A DNA stretch of 62,628 nucleotides, filler included, from Sphacelaria rigidula (GCA_964200075.2; 7 parts of 7 records of this genome joined end to end with filler, not necessarily neighbours in it), one strand, 5' to 3'; counted from the whole stretch's first letter, positions 12,916 to 25,846 are shown. The notes: generated by a model not told the origin, from the sequence alone. Program-made: numbers and translations.

Positions 12916-15127
12916 TTGACGCGTCGATGGGCCAACATTTGACAAAGAACAACAAATTGTGCGATTTGAGGTTAAACTAACTTGATCGCCCGTGTGGGTC
13001 ATCTCGGTGTTACATTTTTTTTTCATGATGCCGATTCGACAGATGACCCGCCCTATCGGGCAAAGGGGCACCAACCCTTTGATTATCACCACCGTGAGCT
13101 GTCTGGGTGTAGCAGCGATGTTTCACGTCAAAATGATACCCGTTAAACGGATGACCTACCCTGACGGTCAAAGTTATCCCTTTGGCCGCCAGGTAGGTAA
13201 TCAGGGTCCACATTTACGTACGTACACACTTACACAAGCGGAAATGAACCGAGTGGGCAGATGCGCTACCGTGGTATTTCAAAACGGCCTGGGCGGTCCA
13301 CCTGCTGAATTGGCATAAAATTCACTCGCAAAAACGGCTGAGACGCAGGTGTCCATTTTGTGTGCCCTCAAAAGGACGGCGTCAGAATTTCACGGGTAAC
13401 GACAACCTGCCGAGCCACAATGAAACGACTTCTTCTGTCAAACGGCAGACTGCTTGCTGCGGGTGGAGGAAGGATCCACGACCTCTGGAGATTCCTGGAA
13501 TGAACATGCATTTCCTCACGACCTCTTTTCGTGGGTGAAGCAGCAGCGTGGCTCGTGAGTCGTCGATGTCGGTCCACGAGCACGAGTGGACGGATGCTAT
13601 TCATCCCAAATGGCCCGTTGCGTCTTCTGATTGGCTTCCGCACATTGATCGACCCGCTACAAACTCGACCGTGTTCACAAGATAGACGAACCCAGGCGAA
13701 ACAAACGGAAACACTTGCTGAAGTCTGTGATGGGTGTGGTGGTGGTGGTGGTGAGGGGGGGTTGCTATTGCACTCGTCTGTTCCTGGAGACAGAGCTCGT
13801 ATGATCTACGCGGTTGGCCTTACTGATGAACCTTGACATATTGATATGATGCACAGGTAGTGACTGTACTGTTGTTGTAGCCTCGCGCGCGGCAACCAAC
13901 ACGAAATTGTCACATACTGGTTGTACCCAGTGAAAACCTTGCAAAAAGTGTGCAATATATCGTCGTTGCCCACCGGGTATGTTTTCAGCAGCGCGAGCGA
14001 ACGCGATCAGCTGCAACCAGTGCCTCTACAAATGATTACATCTCCCTTGATGGGGTACCGTACGCATCGAGGGGGGTGAAACTACTGTTGTACGGACGTG
14101 TGCTCTGCATCCGCGGTTCATGGTAAGGTACATGTCGTAGGCAATACACTTAGAAGGGCATTCATGTATATGTAGTGGTCACTTCCAACCGGAGTAAAGC
14201 GTCTGTTGTATCGACGACTCGAAGGAAATCCTACGCAAAGAGATCAGTCAGTGGTGGGCACCATTTTCATGCCGGGAAGTAAGCGTAAATAAAAAAATTA
14301 TAGACAAAAAAACTTCGATGGCGTTACTTCGAAGCGCCTAGAAACGCCATCGGTCGCCAGACCTTGTACCGATCGGCATGAAATCCGTTGAATCGCAAAA
14401 TCACGACGGCGAGCTAGGAACACACCCGACCGAACTGAAAATGACTGAGGCTGGTCCCCCACTATTTGAGGCAAGAAAGTGTCTCCGTGGCAAGCAGCTC
14501 GAGCAGCAGCACGTTATTTCAAGGGTCGGACGAATAGCCATTCGTCTGAAAACTATCTGCTTTTGGTTTAATTGATTCGTACCGTGCAGATCACTCCTCC
14601 GGCTTTGTTTCGCATTGCACCCCACGGACGCGCAACCCCGGGCGCGTGTAATTATAATAGCGCGAAAATTGCTGAAAGACATCATCGACCCGATGTCAAC
14701 GTTTTTTGCTCTCTCGAGCAATCAAGCCTCAGAATTGTGGATTGGGTGGTTCGATTCGATTTGACTTGATTTAATTTGATTCGATTCGATTGATTTGATT
14801 GATTCATGCGATCTTTGAAATATTGATATTGCCCAGGATGTAGGTTACCTGCCACCGCACAACCGCCCCCGAATAGCACTACATCGTCTGATCAGTCGTC
14901 CACTTGCACCGCTTCCCACGATGGGATGATGTACCTGATACGACCTGGTGACAACACTTTGGGGGCGAATTGATGCAAGAATCAGCATTTGCTATTTCTC
15001 GATTATCGTGAAATGTTGTGTGCGCGTTTCTGACACCGAGCGGAGGACAACGACACCTGTTTCGACGCCCAACTCGTCGTCGTTCGAAAGGTATGCCCTC
15101 ATTACTGTACAGGTTTGCCATGCTTTC

Positions 15128-15384
15128 CAAGGGTCGGACAAATAACGATTCGTCTGAAAATTACGTGGTTTTAGGATGATGAGTCGACTCGTGATGAGTC
15201 AATCCCTAGGCTTTCTTTTCAGCGTTGCAACCCAGGTACACGCAGCCTAGACACGTGGCATGGCGCACAAGTTGCGGGGATACCCCTTGGACCAGCGTTC
15301 AACTTTTTTCTCCCTTTTGGGCAATCAGGCCGGAGAAATCGTGAATTTGGTGATTTTGATTCGTGATGATTCGTCCTAACCGTG
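15128..15384. repeat. Dispersed repeat family R1; other copies at ~8963-9070, 14520-14648 and 30785-31045
   Basis: Shared blocks CAAGGGT(C/T)GGAC, TTTCAGCGTTGCAACCCAGGTAC, ACCAGCG-TCAACTTTTT, AATCAGGC and C(C/G/T)AACCGTG. Confidence 0.75.
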
Positions 15385-15618
15385 ATGCTTTCCAAAAGGA
15401 TTGTAGCGCACTTTCCCGATCTTTCGTGCGCACAGTTTACCTTTACGCCGGATTCCCAATTTTTTCAGTAGCCCCCAAAATGTGCCAAGATACGCCCTGA
15501 CTTTTTGCTGACAACTCGTAAATTTTGGGGGCTACTAAAAAATCGAGGAATCCGGCCACAAGTAAAACTCGGCGCACAAAAGATCGGGAAAGTGCGCTAG
15601 AATCCTCTTGGAAAGCAT
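15385..15618. mobile_element. Foldback MITE inserted in an R1 copy
   Basis: ATGCTTTCCAAAAGGATTGTAGCGCACTTTCCCGATCTTT...AAAGATCGGGAAAGTGCGCTAGAATCCTCTTGGAAAGCAT, with ~95-bp arms. Confidence 0.8.
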
Positions 15619-16373
15619 AGCAAAAGTTTTAGAGGAAGCCCAATCCGCCACGGCCCGTATCTCCGCCAAAAATCCGCAATGAAAGGCTGATGAGGGGGAT
15701 TTCTCGGAGAGTCTGTTTTCTGCCTACATGAAGCGGTCTAATGTAAGTATAATTTTTTTCCGGGCGTTGGGAACGAACGTCCATATCTTATGTTTCCCAA
15801 GCAAGGTATGAAAGTTAGGTTAAAAAGAGTCAGAGCGTGTCTTCGCACACTTTTTTCCATCAAAAAAGTGGGCTGGAAAAAAAAAAAACGTTCTGAAAAT
15901 TCTATTGCATTTTTGTTCCTAGCTGGCTCAACTATCTATAACTAGTTGCGTGTGGACAGGAAGAAAGGTACGAAGAGGCACTTGACTCTCCTATCCTGCA
16001 GATCACCACGCCAGATACCACCCCGTTCACAAAACCATGCACACCCCCACACAATTCCTTCTGAGCTACCATCGCAATCCTGCGCCATGGAGCATGAGTT
16101 GAGCACAGGAAGAGATATACTGCAGGAGTTGAGCATGTCGTACTCACTTCTCGTCGGCGAAAACTTGAGCATCTTTTTTCATGGTAGGGGTTGGCGACGG
16201 AATCACGTGGTAGGGTGGGCGACCAACTTGCGTGCACGGTCATGGCCAGTGCAAGCAGTGCAAACTGCACGTTGTTCAAGTCCTTCTCACGTTGCATTGT
16301 ATCAGAGAGTACAGATAGTCCTGCGCTGTCTGCACTGCACGTTGCCCGCTTCTTTTTCGCACCTTACTGTGCG

Positions 16374-16375
<2 letters not shown>

Positions 16376-16425
<50 letters not shown>
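16376..16425. repeat. (CA)n microsatellite
   Basis: Directly visible. Confidence 0.95.
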
Positions 16426-16430
<5 letters not shown>

Positions 16431-17159
16431 GCAGATGGTGCAGACGGTACAAACAGTACAGAACTGTCGTGTACTACTGTAGACGAGCAAACGAGTACCG
16501 CTTCACGATTTCCACCATTTTTTTTCGATTGAAAGCTTGCAAATTCGCTTGTACCCGCGTCGTGAAAAACGAACGAATTCGCTCAAATCGATTCCACCGC
16601 ACTTTTTTTTTCGATTAAAAAGAAACATGGGCCAAGACATGGCGTCAGGACGTTAAATTTTGAGGAGAGACACGCACCGACCATTTCAAGGCCATCAGTA
16701 GCGCTATTTTTATACTAATTTTGTTCCAAGAGTTTGGGGTGGATTTGTTCTTGGGAATTCAGTCAAATGGACCCACCTATGGAGAAAACTGACGAAGACG
16801 GCGCCATCATCGTGATTTGTGGCCTTCTTGAAATGGCTGATGCGCACCTCTTCCCAAAGTTCCGGGCCCAGATTATCAAGCCTCAAGGCGAGACTCGCCA
16901 GCGATATTTTGTTTTGATCTCTCTAGTAGTGCAACCAGCCTATGTAGAGAGAGCACGCGTGCATGCTGAATGGAGAACATTTGATACACAAGCTTTTTGT
17001 ATTCCAATGATGAAAAACGTATGACATCATGTACTGTCTGTATCGCGTACTTATTTGCACGAAGATAGTCAAAATGCAAGGAAATCACAGCAATGGAGTG
17101 CTGCACAGAGTATTTGCTCCACCATGGCAGAAATATCGCCGCCCCCCCCCCCCCCCTCC

Positions 17160-17824
17160 CGGACCCCGTATGGGGTCTGCGTCGGTTGGCAATGACGCTG
17201 TAAAACACGCCACTCACTGCGTGAGGTAGGCAACCAGGTTGCCGTGCTTTTTGCGCGCGCTTGCGTTTTTGTTGCGGTGGCCATTATGTTGTGCGGGATG
17301 GGAGAACCTCGATTCCGCGCACAAGGGATTATCATACTACGTGGTGTTGGCATGGTGAGACACCAATGAGGCAGTACGGAACCCGTGGTTTCTCGCTAGG
17401 AGTGGCGATACCAGAAAATAAAGCAGCTCATTGGAGGCTGTCATCTATTTGTAAGATGATCAGTATGGTTCGGACCGAACAATCTTGGCAGGATGCACCT
17501 CACCCTTCATGTGACTCGCCGAACACATCGCGGCTCTTCGCGCTCGGTGATCGATTGCGAGCCTGGTCCGGCGAAAACCCGGCGTGCACCGTCCCGGCTT
17601 TGTGGGGATGCGCGGTCAACGGTCCGATGAGAATGACATGCATGATCATGAGTACACCCCCCCCCCCCTAGGGTAGACACCCATGAGGCAGTGTAAAAGC
17701 TGTGGCTGTCTCTAATAGTGGCGATACCAGAAAATAAAGTAACTCATTGTAGGCTGTCATTCATATTCAAGATAATCAGTGGGCTTGGGGCCGAACAATC
17801 TGAGCAGGGTGCAGCTCACCCTTC
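17160..17824. repeat. Dispersed repeat family R2 with an internal tandem duplication; inverted copy at ~55530-56050
   Basis: ATGACGCTGTAAAACACGCCACTCAC and CACCCTTCATG-GACTCGCCGAACACATC match the reverse complement of 55660-56020. Segment ~17358-17508 recurs at ~17676-17824. Confidence 0.75.
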
Positions 17825-17943
17825 NNNNNNNNNNNNNNNNNNNNNNNNNNNNNNNNNNNNNNNNNNNNTTAATTAATTAANNNNNNNNNNNNNNNNNNNN
17901 NNNNNNNNNNNNNNNNNNNNNNNNTGTCTAGTAATTCCTACAC

Positions 17944-18607
17944 CTGAGGGGAATAGCGCCAATACTAAAATCTCCATGAAACTACCGATCGATGCATTGA
18001 GCAGATGGCAACGAATTTTGGTGCGGAAAACCACAAAAGAGGGCCGAATGAAAAAAAAGCGGGCCTTCCATTTTTTTTTTCATGAAGGTTAGGGCGTTCT
18101 CGTGAAATATCGTCTTTACCATAGTTGAACGCCCTAAACCACTGGGAAAAATTGGAAAACATTAACCTGACCCACTTTGTTTTCTTAATAATGCCTTAAA
18201 GAGCGCCCACACAAGATTTCAATACACAAACACCAAACGTGGGCCGGTAAATGGCCTGCAAAATACTGTTCCGAATTTATTCTGATCCTGCTCTATACGG
18301 CCAATATTTGGAGTTGGACCCTGAAATTTGGTATGGACAATGACTAAAGCATAATAAAAAAAAAGCTGGCGTACACGATAAATATTTTTTTCATGAGTAT
18401 GAGTTCAGTTGAGTTGAGGGCAATAATCAGTTTTCATATCGGTAAAATGCCCCTAACTCATGAAAAAAAAAAAATCTTGTGTACGCCAGTATTGTTTTTT
18501 ATTATGCCCTACTCATTGTCCATACCAAATTTCAGGGTCCAACTCCAAGTATTGGCCGTATAATGGGCCTGCAAACTGCAGAATCGCTTCTCGGCCGGCC
18601 CAGCTCG
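17944..18607. mobile_element. Partial TIR element of the CGAGCTGGGCCAGC family, with an internal foldback at 18293-18562
   Basis: Ends GGCCCAGCTCG|TA. The interior is homologous to 58857-59350 and 45000-45400. Confidence 0.7.
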
Positions 18608-19055
18608 TAAGGAAACACTCTGAAGAGGAGTAAGGAGAGAACAAACACCGTAAAGTGCAAACGCAGACTGGAAGGAAGATGAAGAACGACAAACATCCTG
18701 CCGCATGGCTTCCGGTAAACGGGCCTTACCAAATCTAACGGTAGATCGAAGAGCAGTGTCGAATATTTGGGATTGTAACTTAGTGTAACCGAAGTATGGA
18801 TACGTAGGGAGGCCTATGCAAACAGCGTCATCGGCTGCAGGAGTGATAATTAACACACGTAGACACATCGTTGGGTGATTTCTTCTTCCCCCATACACAC
18901 TCTCAACCGGATGCGGGGCGGTCTCAAGGTAACCCCAAACTCGAAGCCGCGTCGTCACTTATCTTCATGAAGACGTCACTTGGACGCATTTGACTCGAGG
19001 TGAACTCGTACCAATATCTTCACAACCGTGCACGTCCTTACTCCCGAGTCTTGTA

Positions 19056-19670
19056 CGAGCTGGGCCAGCTTAGAAGCTGCTAAAAGTCCCTCACACCACA
19101 GCTTCCCCAGTTTCGCGAATGAACCCGATGAAAGCATATCACTGTGAACCGCTGATCCACCTGATGACAAAGGACTGCGTCGCTGTTCGATTGGCGTCGC
19201 ATTGCCGATGAAGTTATTGTACTGCATAGAGTACAGGGTGAGTCTGATATCGTTGAGCGATAGCGTGTCGGAGTGCTTTTTTTTATCGCGGCGGGTTCAC
19301 GTCAGCAATCACCCCGCACTGGGCATTAGTGAGGTGCAGCAGCGTCAGGGAAAATGTCGAACGCACGGCCCAATTCGACGAGTCTTGAGCTGAAATTTCA
19401 GGAAGACCTTCTGCACCCAAGGAACTGATACTTCACGAGTCCAGCTGCAGATTCTACTTTTTTTCCTGGTCTTGAAGCATCATGTAGTTTTTTTCTGAAA
19501 TTTCGAATCCCCGTAACTCCCCTGATATCTATTTTTTTCGTAGCTGCTCACGTGATCTTCTGCATTTCGATCATAAAAAGCTGCTGTCAAAACTTCAGCG
19601 TCCAACTCCTAATACCTTGCCGTGCGTCGCCTGAGCTAGGTTCGTGCCTACTCTTGGCTGGCCCAGCTCC
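19056..19670. mobile_element. Non-autonomous DNA transposon (Tc1/mariner-like, TA target)
   Basis: TA|CGAGCTGGGCCAGC...GCTGGCCCAGCTCC|TA. Confidence 0.75.
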
Positions 19671-19982
19671 TAATGTACCCTTGATACTCGGACCAACTTG
19701 CGTTTGAGATGAGCATGTCTGACAGCTTGATCAGATGGGATTTGAAGTGCCCCTCCACCCCCCCTCCCCGTCCAAGATGAAAGTGCTGTGTAATGTTCAA
19801 GCATGTGCATGTGCCATCCCTCTGCTTACGAATCTTGTGGGTTTTTCCAGTGAGCGAAACGCTCTCACCTCTTGATTTCATATCCATATTGTTTTGGTCG
19901 GTGAATGTTTGTGCGCCGCTAAAGAGCGCTTCATTCATGTTTGTCTACGTTTCGTTTGGATAATTGCGTTCGTTTGACACAG

Positions 19983-22900
19983 GTGAACAACGTGATCGAT
20001 CCCTTCAAGTACACCGAGGTACCCTTCGGCAGCAAGGCGGAGTTCAGGGACTACCTCAAGGTGAAGAATGGGGGAGAAATGATGAACAATTTTTTTTGGC
20101 TCGTTTCTTTCTCTGGGAGGACATGTGAAAATTGGTACCTGATCAAAACGTGTTCACCACAGCGGGCATGAACTGAAATGTTGAGAAGAGAAAAAAAAAC
20201 ATTTTTTTGCACTACACGTACAAGGCGCTCTTGTAGAAACACTGTGCACTCTCACTGAAGGTTCATTAGGACGAAGGTAGTTGGTGCATCTTTGACGGGT
20301 GAACCATTTATCAAGCGAAGCTGCCGACAAATCGCTGAACAAAGGTATGGATGAAAGCCGTCACGGGCACTCTTTACTGCCTCGAGCAATGTCTCGAAGT
20401 GGTTACGAAAAGTGCGTCTTTTTTTCGGTTCTTTGCCGACGCATTTGGGGGTGAAAAACTGTCAGTCCGTTGGATTGCGCCACGTTTGGAATTGAAGCTG
20501 TAAATTGCTCGATTTTGGGACAGCATTTCGGGGTACAACCAATGTGCGAGGACGCACATGAGTTGTAGAAACACGCATTGAAAGCTGTGATTGACAGCTG
20601 CCGGGCGGCGGGAATGCCCCCCCCCCCCAGTACTGGCTGAATGATACGTCAACACGCTGGTCATTAATTAAAGGCCACGGGGTTTGGAGAAGGCGAGGAT
20701 GCAGGCGTGTATGAACTGACAGATCCGCAGTCAAAATTCAACACCCCTGTATTGAGTTTCCACGTAAGTAGATTTTGTTCTGTATTGAGGTCTGGCCCTG
20801 GGGTCAAGGGTTTGACGGGAATGAAGCGGAGTGTGTGGGCACGGGGACTGTATTTTTGGCTATTTTTTCTTCAATTGGATAGCCTTCGATCGTGGACCTC
20901 ACTGTGACGTCTGCTACAAAAGAACTTTCGATTTCAAGTTAGTTCTTCCTTCCTTGTCAGTTCCGTTTCCGAAATTGAAATTTTGGCTATAGGAAATGTT
21001 GGTTCCAGCGCGTCGATGTCAAAGACGGGGCTCTTTTGTCAAGTTGTTGCGACGAACAGCGCACTGACGAGCAAAGCAAGAGCGCATGGCACGCGCCAGA
21101 AGAGAACCGTAGCATCGGCATGCGTACAGTTCTCAGTAGTACGACTCAAGTGATGGCTTTCCTCAGCATGCTCACTCCCCGACGGACCGGTGCACCATGT
21201 TCCGTCGGTGATGACTTATGACGAGTACACAGCCGGTATCTACAGTCCAGCGTATGATGCCATTTTTCACCTAGAAGTATATCCATTTGTGTCTTCTCCC
21301 TTCAGCGGTCATGCGCTCACTTACTTCTGGTTGCGGTTGTACCGGTCTCGTCGTGATCATCTTGAAAGCTCTGCGTGAGAGGAGGAATAAAGCCCTGTTT
21401 CGCGAACTCGGTATCGTCTAATCCCTTGGGAACCAGAATACCGCTGTTCGGTTCTGGACGGATGGACCGCTGGTGACTTGGTGGAATATATAAGGGTTAG
21501 TCCGGCAACATCGTGAATGAAGTGATCGACAGTCGTCGTTGGGTGATGTGGCCCGAGAGAAGGGTGGCACAGGCGCTGTTGAAGAGATTTCCGGCGTTGG
21601 AGATCAGGCGATGATACTATTCCGATTGGAGGTCTAGCACCCACGAGTCACAAACAAAATGTGCACACGCAACACAACGTTGTGACGACGGGTATGATTG
21701 ATGTGCAAGTAGATGTGTTGTATAATTTGACGGTAAAAAAAGAATAAATTATGTCTGAATGTATCCCTCTCTTCTCCAGGAATACGTGAGGAGTGTACGT
21801 CAGAAGCTGAAGGCGAACGGGGTTGAGCAGCCGAAAATCAAGGAGTTCATGGCGCAGGCGCCGGCGATTGTAAAGTGAGATGAAGCGTTCTCCCGTTACA
21901 GTATTACATGTACGATTATGCGGCTTGTCTCGGATTTTTCAGCGAAGCGAAATCGATTTTCCCAGGCTAACATTATTCACGTTGTAATCATGTATCAGTC
22001 AACTGCTTAGTTTGGTATTTTTCGCCAGAAGTTCATGGGTATTTCGGGTATTTTGTCTCATCTCCCTTCGTTGACTCGTAATGACCTTCTGGCCACCTAC
22101 GGCGGTGTTGAAAAAATGCGTGGTTCGCACAGAACTCTGTTGGAGTTATATATATATATATATATTCGTATGTATTTGTTACACTTCCTCGGGACGAGTC
22201 CGGGGCCTGACAGGATCAACCCATCTCTCTCCGGTACACGCCTTGCATTTTGGTATCGCGGAGTGGATCCTTTTAATGATGAAAAACGGATACTTGTAAA
22301 AAAAACGATGGGTAGTCGAACCTGGGGTGTCTCCACCCCAGAGGGTGGCAGTCAGATTATTGCACAACCGCGTCTTGCTTTCCTTATCCAGTGTTTCTTG
22401 GACTTTGAGTGTGGCGTTTTGCTTTTTTTGGTTTGCCCTTCACCCTTCCTTCGACTGCACAGGAATATCAATTTGCTGAACTGGCATTATTCCTTGTGGA
22501 TATTTTTTCACATTTTGAAGGAGGTGGACTCGTCGATCGCCGAGTATTGTTCATATTTTGATGAAGTTTGCTCCCCCCCCTCCCCGTGCGCTCTGTTCCC
22601 GGGGCAGGTTCCTTTTGAGTAAGTACGCCGATATGCAGACCTTCGCAGGGGAGTCCATGACGGCTGAGGGGGGAATGGCATTCGGTTACTACAAGGAGGG
22701 TGCTCATAATCCGACATTTGCGTACATCAGCATCGCGCTTATTGAGGAGAAGGTACGCACGGCACACAAATCTCCATGCCTGCACAAGTCTTGAAGGGCA
22801 AGACAGTATAATAGATGAGGAAGGGCTCAATCCTGATCCCCACTCCGAAGCGGTCAAGTTTGGCTTACAACAATCTCACCGTAAAGTGCCCCCTGCCCGT

Positions 22901-23208
22901 CTATGTTGTCACGGTACGGGTCAGTCGTATCACTGTTTCGAAACGGCGTGATTCCCTCGCAAAATGTTTTCTGTAAGGGCGGTATACCACGCACCCCGAT
23001 GAAGTACCGTAGGTGATGACGTGGTGCTAGACATGGCCGAATATGAACGCACTCATGAGAGTAGTGTCGGGCGCGCGGCTGGTGATGCTGTCACAGACGG
23101 TAGCATGCGATGCAAGTGACACCATGAGGAAAGATCCTAACCCTCCGCCCTGTACCCTCTCCGATTTATTTGTCTGTCCCTCTTTTTTTCTTCCGCTGAT
23201 AGTTCTGA
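19983..23208 (+). CDS. TCTP: Translationally controlled tumor protein (TCTP), 3' four exons; 5' exons not on this contig
   Basis: Exons 19983-20060 (VNNVIDPFKYTEVPFGSKAEFRDYLK), 21780-21874 (EYVRSVRQKLKANGVEQPKIKEFMAQAPAIVK), 22608-22752 (FLLSKYADMQTFAGESMTAEGGMAFGYYKEGAHNPTFAYISIALIEEK) and 23203-23208 (F*). All have AG/GT sites in consistent phase. The F-x-GESM motif and the EEK-x C-terminus are typical of TCTP. Confidence 0.9.
22190..22266. repeat. Short dispersed repeat; second copy at ~24629-24711
   Basis: CGGGA(C/T)GAGTCCG...ATCAACCCATCTCTC..CCGG(T/C)ACACGCCTTGCATTTTGG..TCGCGGA in both places. Confidence 0.75.
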
Positions 23209-24964
23209 AGTGGTTGGGTTCATGGGTGTTGCAGCAGGGTGGAATGTGCAGAGAACATTCTCGCCGAGAGGCGAAAATTGGGTCCTTTCGTTGCGGGGCA
23301 ACCATCGGAGCAAAGCGGGGCGATGGAGCGGTTGCGGCATAAAAGTCGTCCCGTCTGGGGAGAAAACGCAATGGCCGAGACGGTCGGCAGGGAAAGGGCG
23401 TGGCAAGTCGAGTGTTGAACGGGATGGTCCCGGGGTGCTCAAGATATGTAGCGCCAGCGGAAGTTTAGTCGCCGGAAGGTTTCCGGGCTCTCGGGCGGGG
23501 GTCAAGAGCCCCCCTTGCTGTTCGAGTGGGGTCGCGGTTGGCGGGCGACGATCATGACAACAACACTGTTTAGCCGCCCTGGGTAGGAGCCTGGGCACTG
23601 CGCTCTCTGCCTGCAGTACTTTACTTTGGCTACTTATTCCATCTCTTTCCCCTCAAGTTTCTCGAGGATGTGGGCGTCTGGCTCGTGTCTCTTCGTGTTT
23701 GCGCGTTGTGTGCCGTCTTATTTTTGTTTTCCCTTGGCCTTGGGTGCTTCACGGGGTATAGTGCCCGGGTAAACATGGTTGTGTGCTCCTCGTCGCTTGT
23801 TGTGTGCATATGGAAACCTGCGGCTTTCATGTGTCGTCGACAGTGCGACGGTGCATCCGTGTATACTGTGTCCGGAGTACTCTACAGTGTTGGATTCCCC
23901 GTCTTCCTGTGTGCTGGAGTGGTGTTGACTTTCCTAATGAAAACCCCTTGATCGACCGTTTCCTCAAGAGAGGATGAGTGAAAGCTGGAGCAGTGAAGAG
24001 ATGCATTGCTCCATCGTACCGCCGTACATGCTGTATGCAGGTATAGTCATCCACGCGTTCCAAGTCGAAAGGTCAGACGTTCTCTATTTTGTCGCAGGGT
24101 ATCGCTGCAGAGGGTGCGCCACCCTTTCATTTTCTGTTGAGCATCCAAGGGGTATCCGCCCTCCGTTGAGCGTTCGCTTCTGATCGTGTCGAAACGGTCG
24201 ACGCTTTTTCCCTGTTCGCCGTCAAGTTGACACTCGATTATCCATCTCCAGCAGGAGTCCCTCGTCAAGGAAATGGGGGCATATACTCCTGTGCCACAAA
24301 ACACGGTTTTCGAGTGAGTCGGCCTTGTTTCCCCTTAACCTTTCCGGCATTCAAACAACTAGGTATCGGGATGTGGGAAATGAAACCCAGGAAGTGAGTG
24401 GGCGAGAAAAGATGTCCTCGTCTCCCGTTCTTGGACACACGGCGTACAAGCTATTAATTCGGCTTGATGAAACCCTGAAGCGCCCATCTATCTACGGGCG
24501 GTGTGTGAGAGCGACTCATGTGTCATTCATGTTGTGCACAAAGCTTGAAAATGTATGTCGCAGGACACTGGACTCTGTCGGCGGCGTGCTTGTGTTTTTT
24601 TTTGTCGCACTTGGAACCCCTCCCCTTCGTCGGGATGAGTCCGTGGTCTTGAGGCATCAATCAACCCATCTCTCCTCCGGCACACGCCTTGCATTTTGGA
24701 CTCGCGGATTGAATCGGCGCTCTCGCACCGTGTCAACTCGGGTTAAACAAACTCAGTCGCCTACTTTGTTCATTCACGTTTTCACGCTTTCCACGGTGGA
24801 AATCATATATTACGAAGAAAGAACCGAACACATGGAGAATCAAACCCTCGTTCTCTCCACCCCGATGGCGACAGCGGGACCATTACACCACCGGGGCGCG
24901 GCAGTGTATCACTCGTGTTTTTCGTGGTGCACAGCGCCGACGATTTCGGAAAAATTCTCCAGTG

Positions 24965-25846
24965 CGAGCTGGGCCAGTAGTAAATACCGCATTGCATGTC
25001 ACCCCATAATTTATCAAATAAATATCCACCAAATCAACCCGTCTTGCGCATATCGGTGTTAACTGCAGACCCACGTGGCAACGCACGGCGCCGCCGCTGA
25101 ATAAATGAAAACTCGAAGTATAATAACAGTGTTTTCTCGAGATTGAGAGTAGATCTTCGATTGAGAGTGGCTTTGATCATTCGTTTCATGTGAGTCATTT
25201 TTTTATTCCACGTGTGCTTCTCTTTACCTCCATCACTTGCGCGTGCTTACAGCTACACGTCGATATCCTACCCAAGGATATCAAGGGCCTCAGTGGCCNN
25301 NNNNNNNNAGAAAGCATGTTGGGCCTCGTGGAAGTGCACTTCGGAACTAAAACGATTAATTAACTGATTGGCCGCTTTTCACTCTCAATCTTACGAAAAC
25401 ACTGTTGAATGTATCATGTATGTATGACCTTACCCACGGAACGAAAGAAAGTGAAAGTCGGGATTCGAACTCGTGACCTCCATAATTGGAGTCTCCTGTA
25501 TCACTTGGATGAAAGGGGCGCAGTGGTGTTACAAGAAAGGTGGCCGCCAGGGCGGAATTTCAGGAAGTTTTGGCCGAAATTGCGCCGGAATCTCCTGCAC
25601 GTCATTACGCACAACAGGAGGGATACCGATGCACTTATTCGCTGTCACGGAGTTGAAGCATTTTCCCAGTTTTTGCCGAAACATCAAATCGCTCCAACTT
25701 TCTGCTTGTTTTTTATCGTGGCATCGCGCGTAGTGTCGTGCGTATTGATAATAAAATGCCGTGTCCTTATTTCAGCGCTCAACTTCTCGGATACCCCCAA
25801 CCGAGGACGGAAACATTCAAAATTCACTTTCAGCTGGCCCAGCTCG
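24965..25846. mobile_element. CGAGCTGGGCCAG-TIR element containing a nested MITE
   Basis: TG|CGAGCTGGGCCAG...CTGGCCCAGCTCG|TG. Confidence 0.65.
25126..25405. mobile_element. MITE with ACAGTGTTTTC-GAGATTGAGAGT TIRs; partial second copy at 35661-35747
   Basis: Left end ACAGTGTTTTCTCGAGATTGAGAGT, right end ACTCTCAATCTTACGAAAACACTGT. The copy at 35661 directly follows a (TA)n run. Confidence 0.7.

Noticed and set aside
16767-16890. TDEDGAIIVICGL resembling the TCTP N-terminal region
   Set aside because: Different contig, no convincing splice sites; likely chance.
25253-25298. Apparent exon LHVDILPKDIKGLSG after a CAG acceptor
   Set aside because: It lies inside the 25126-25405 MITE, and TCTP already terminates at 23208.
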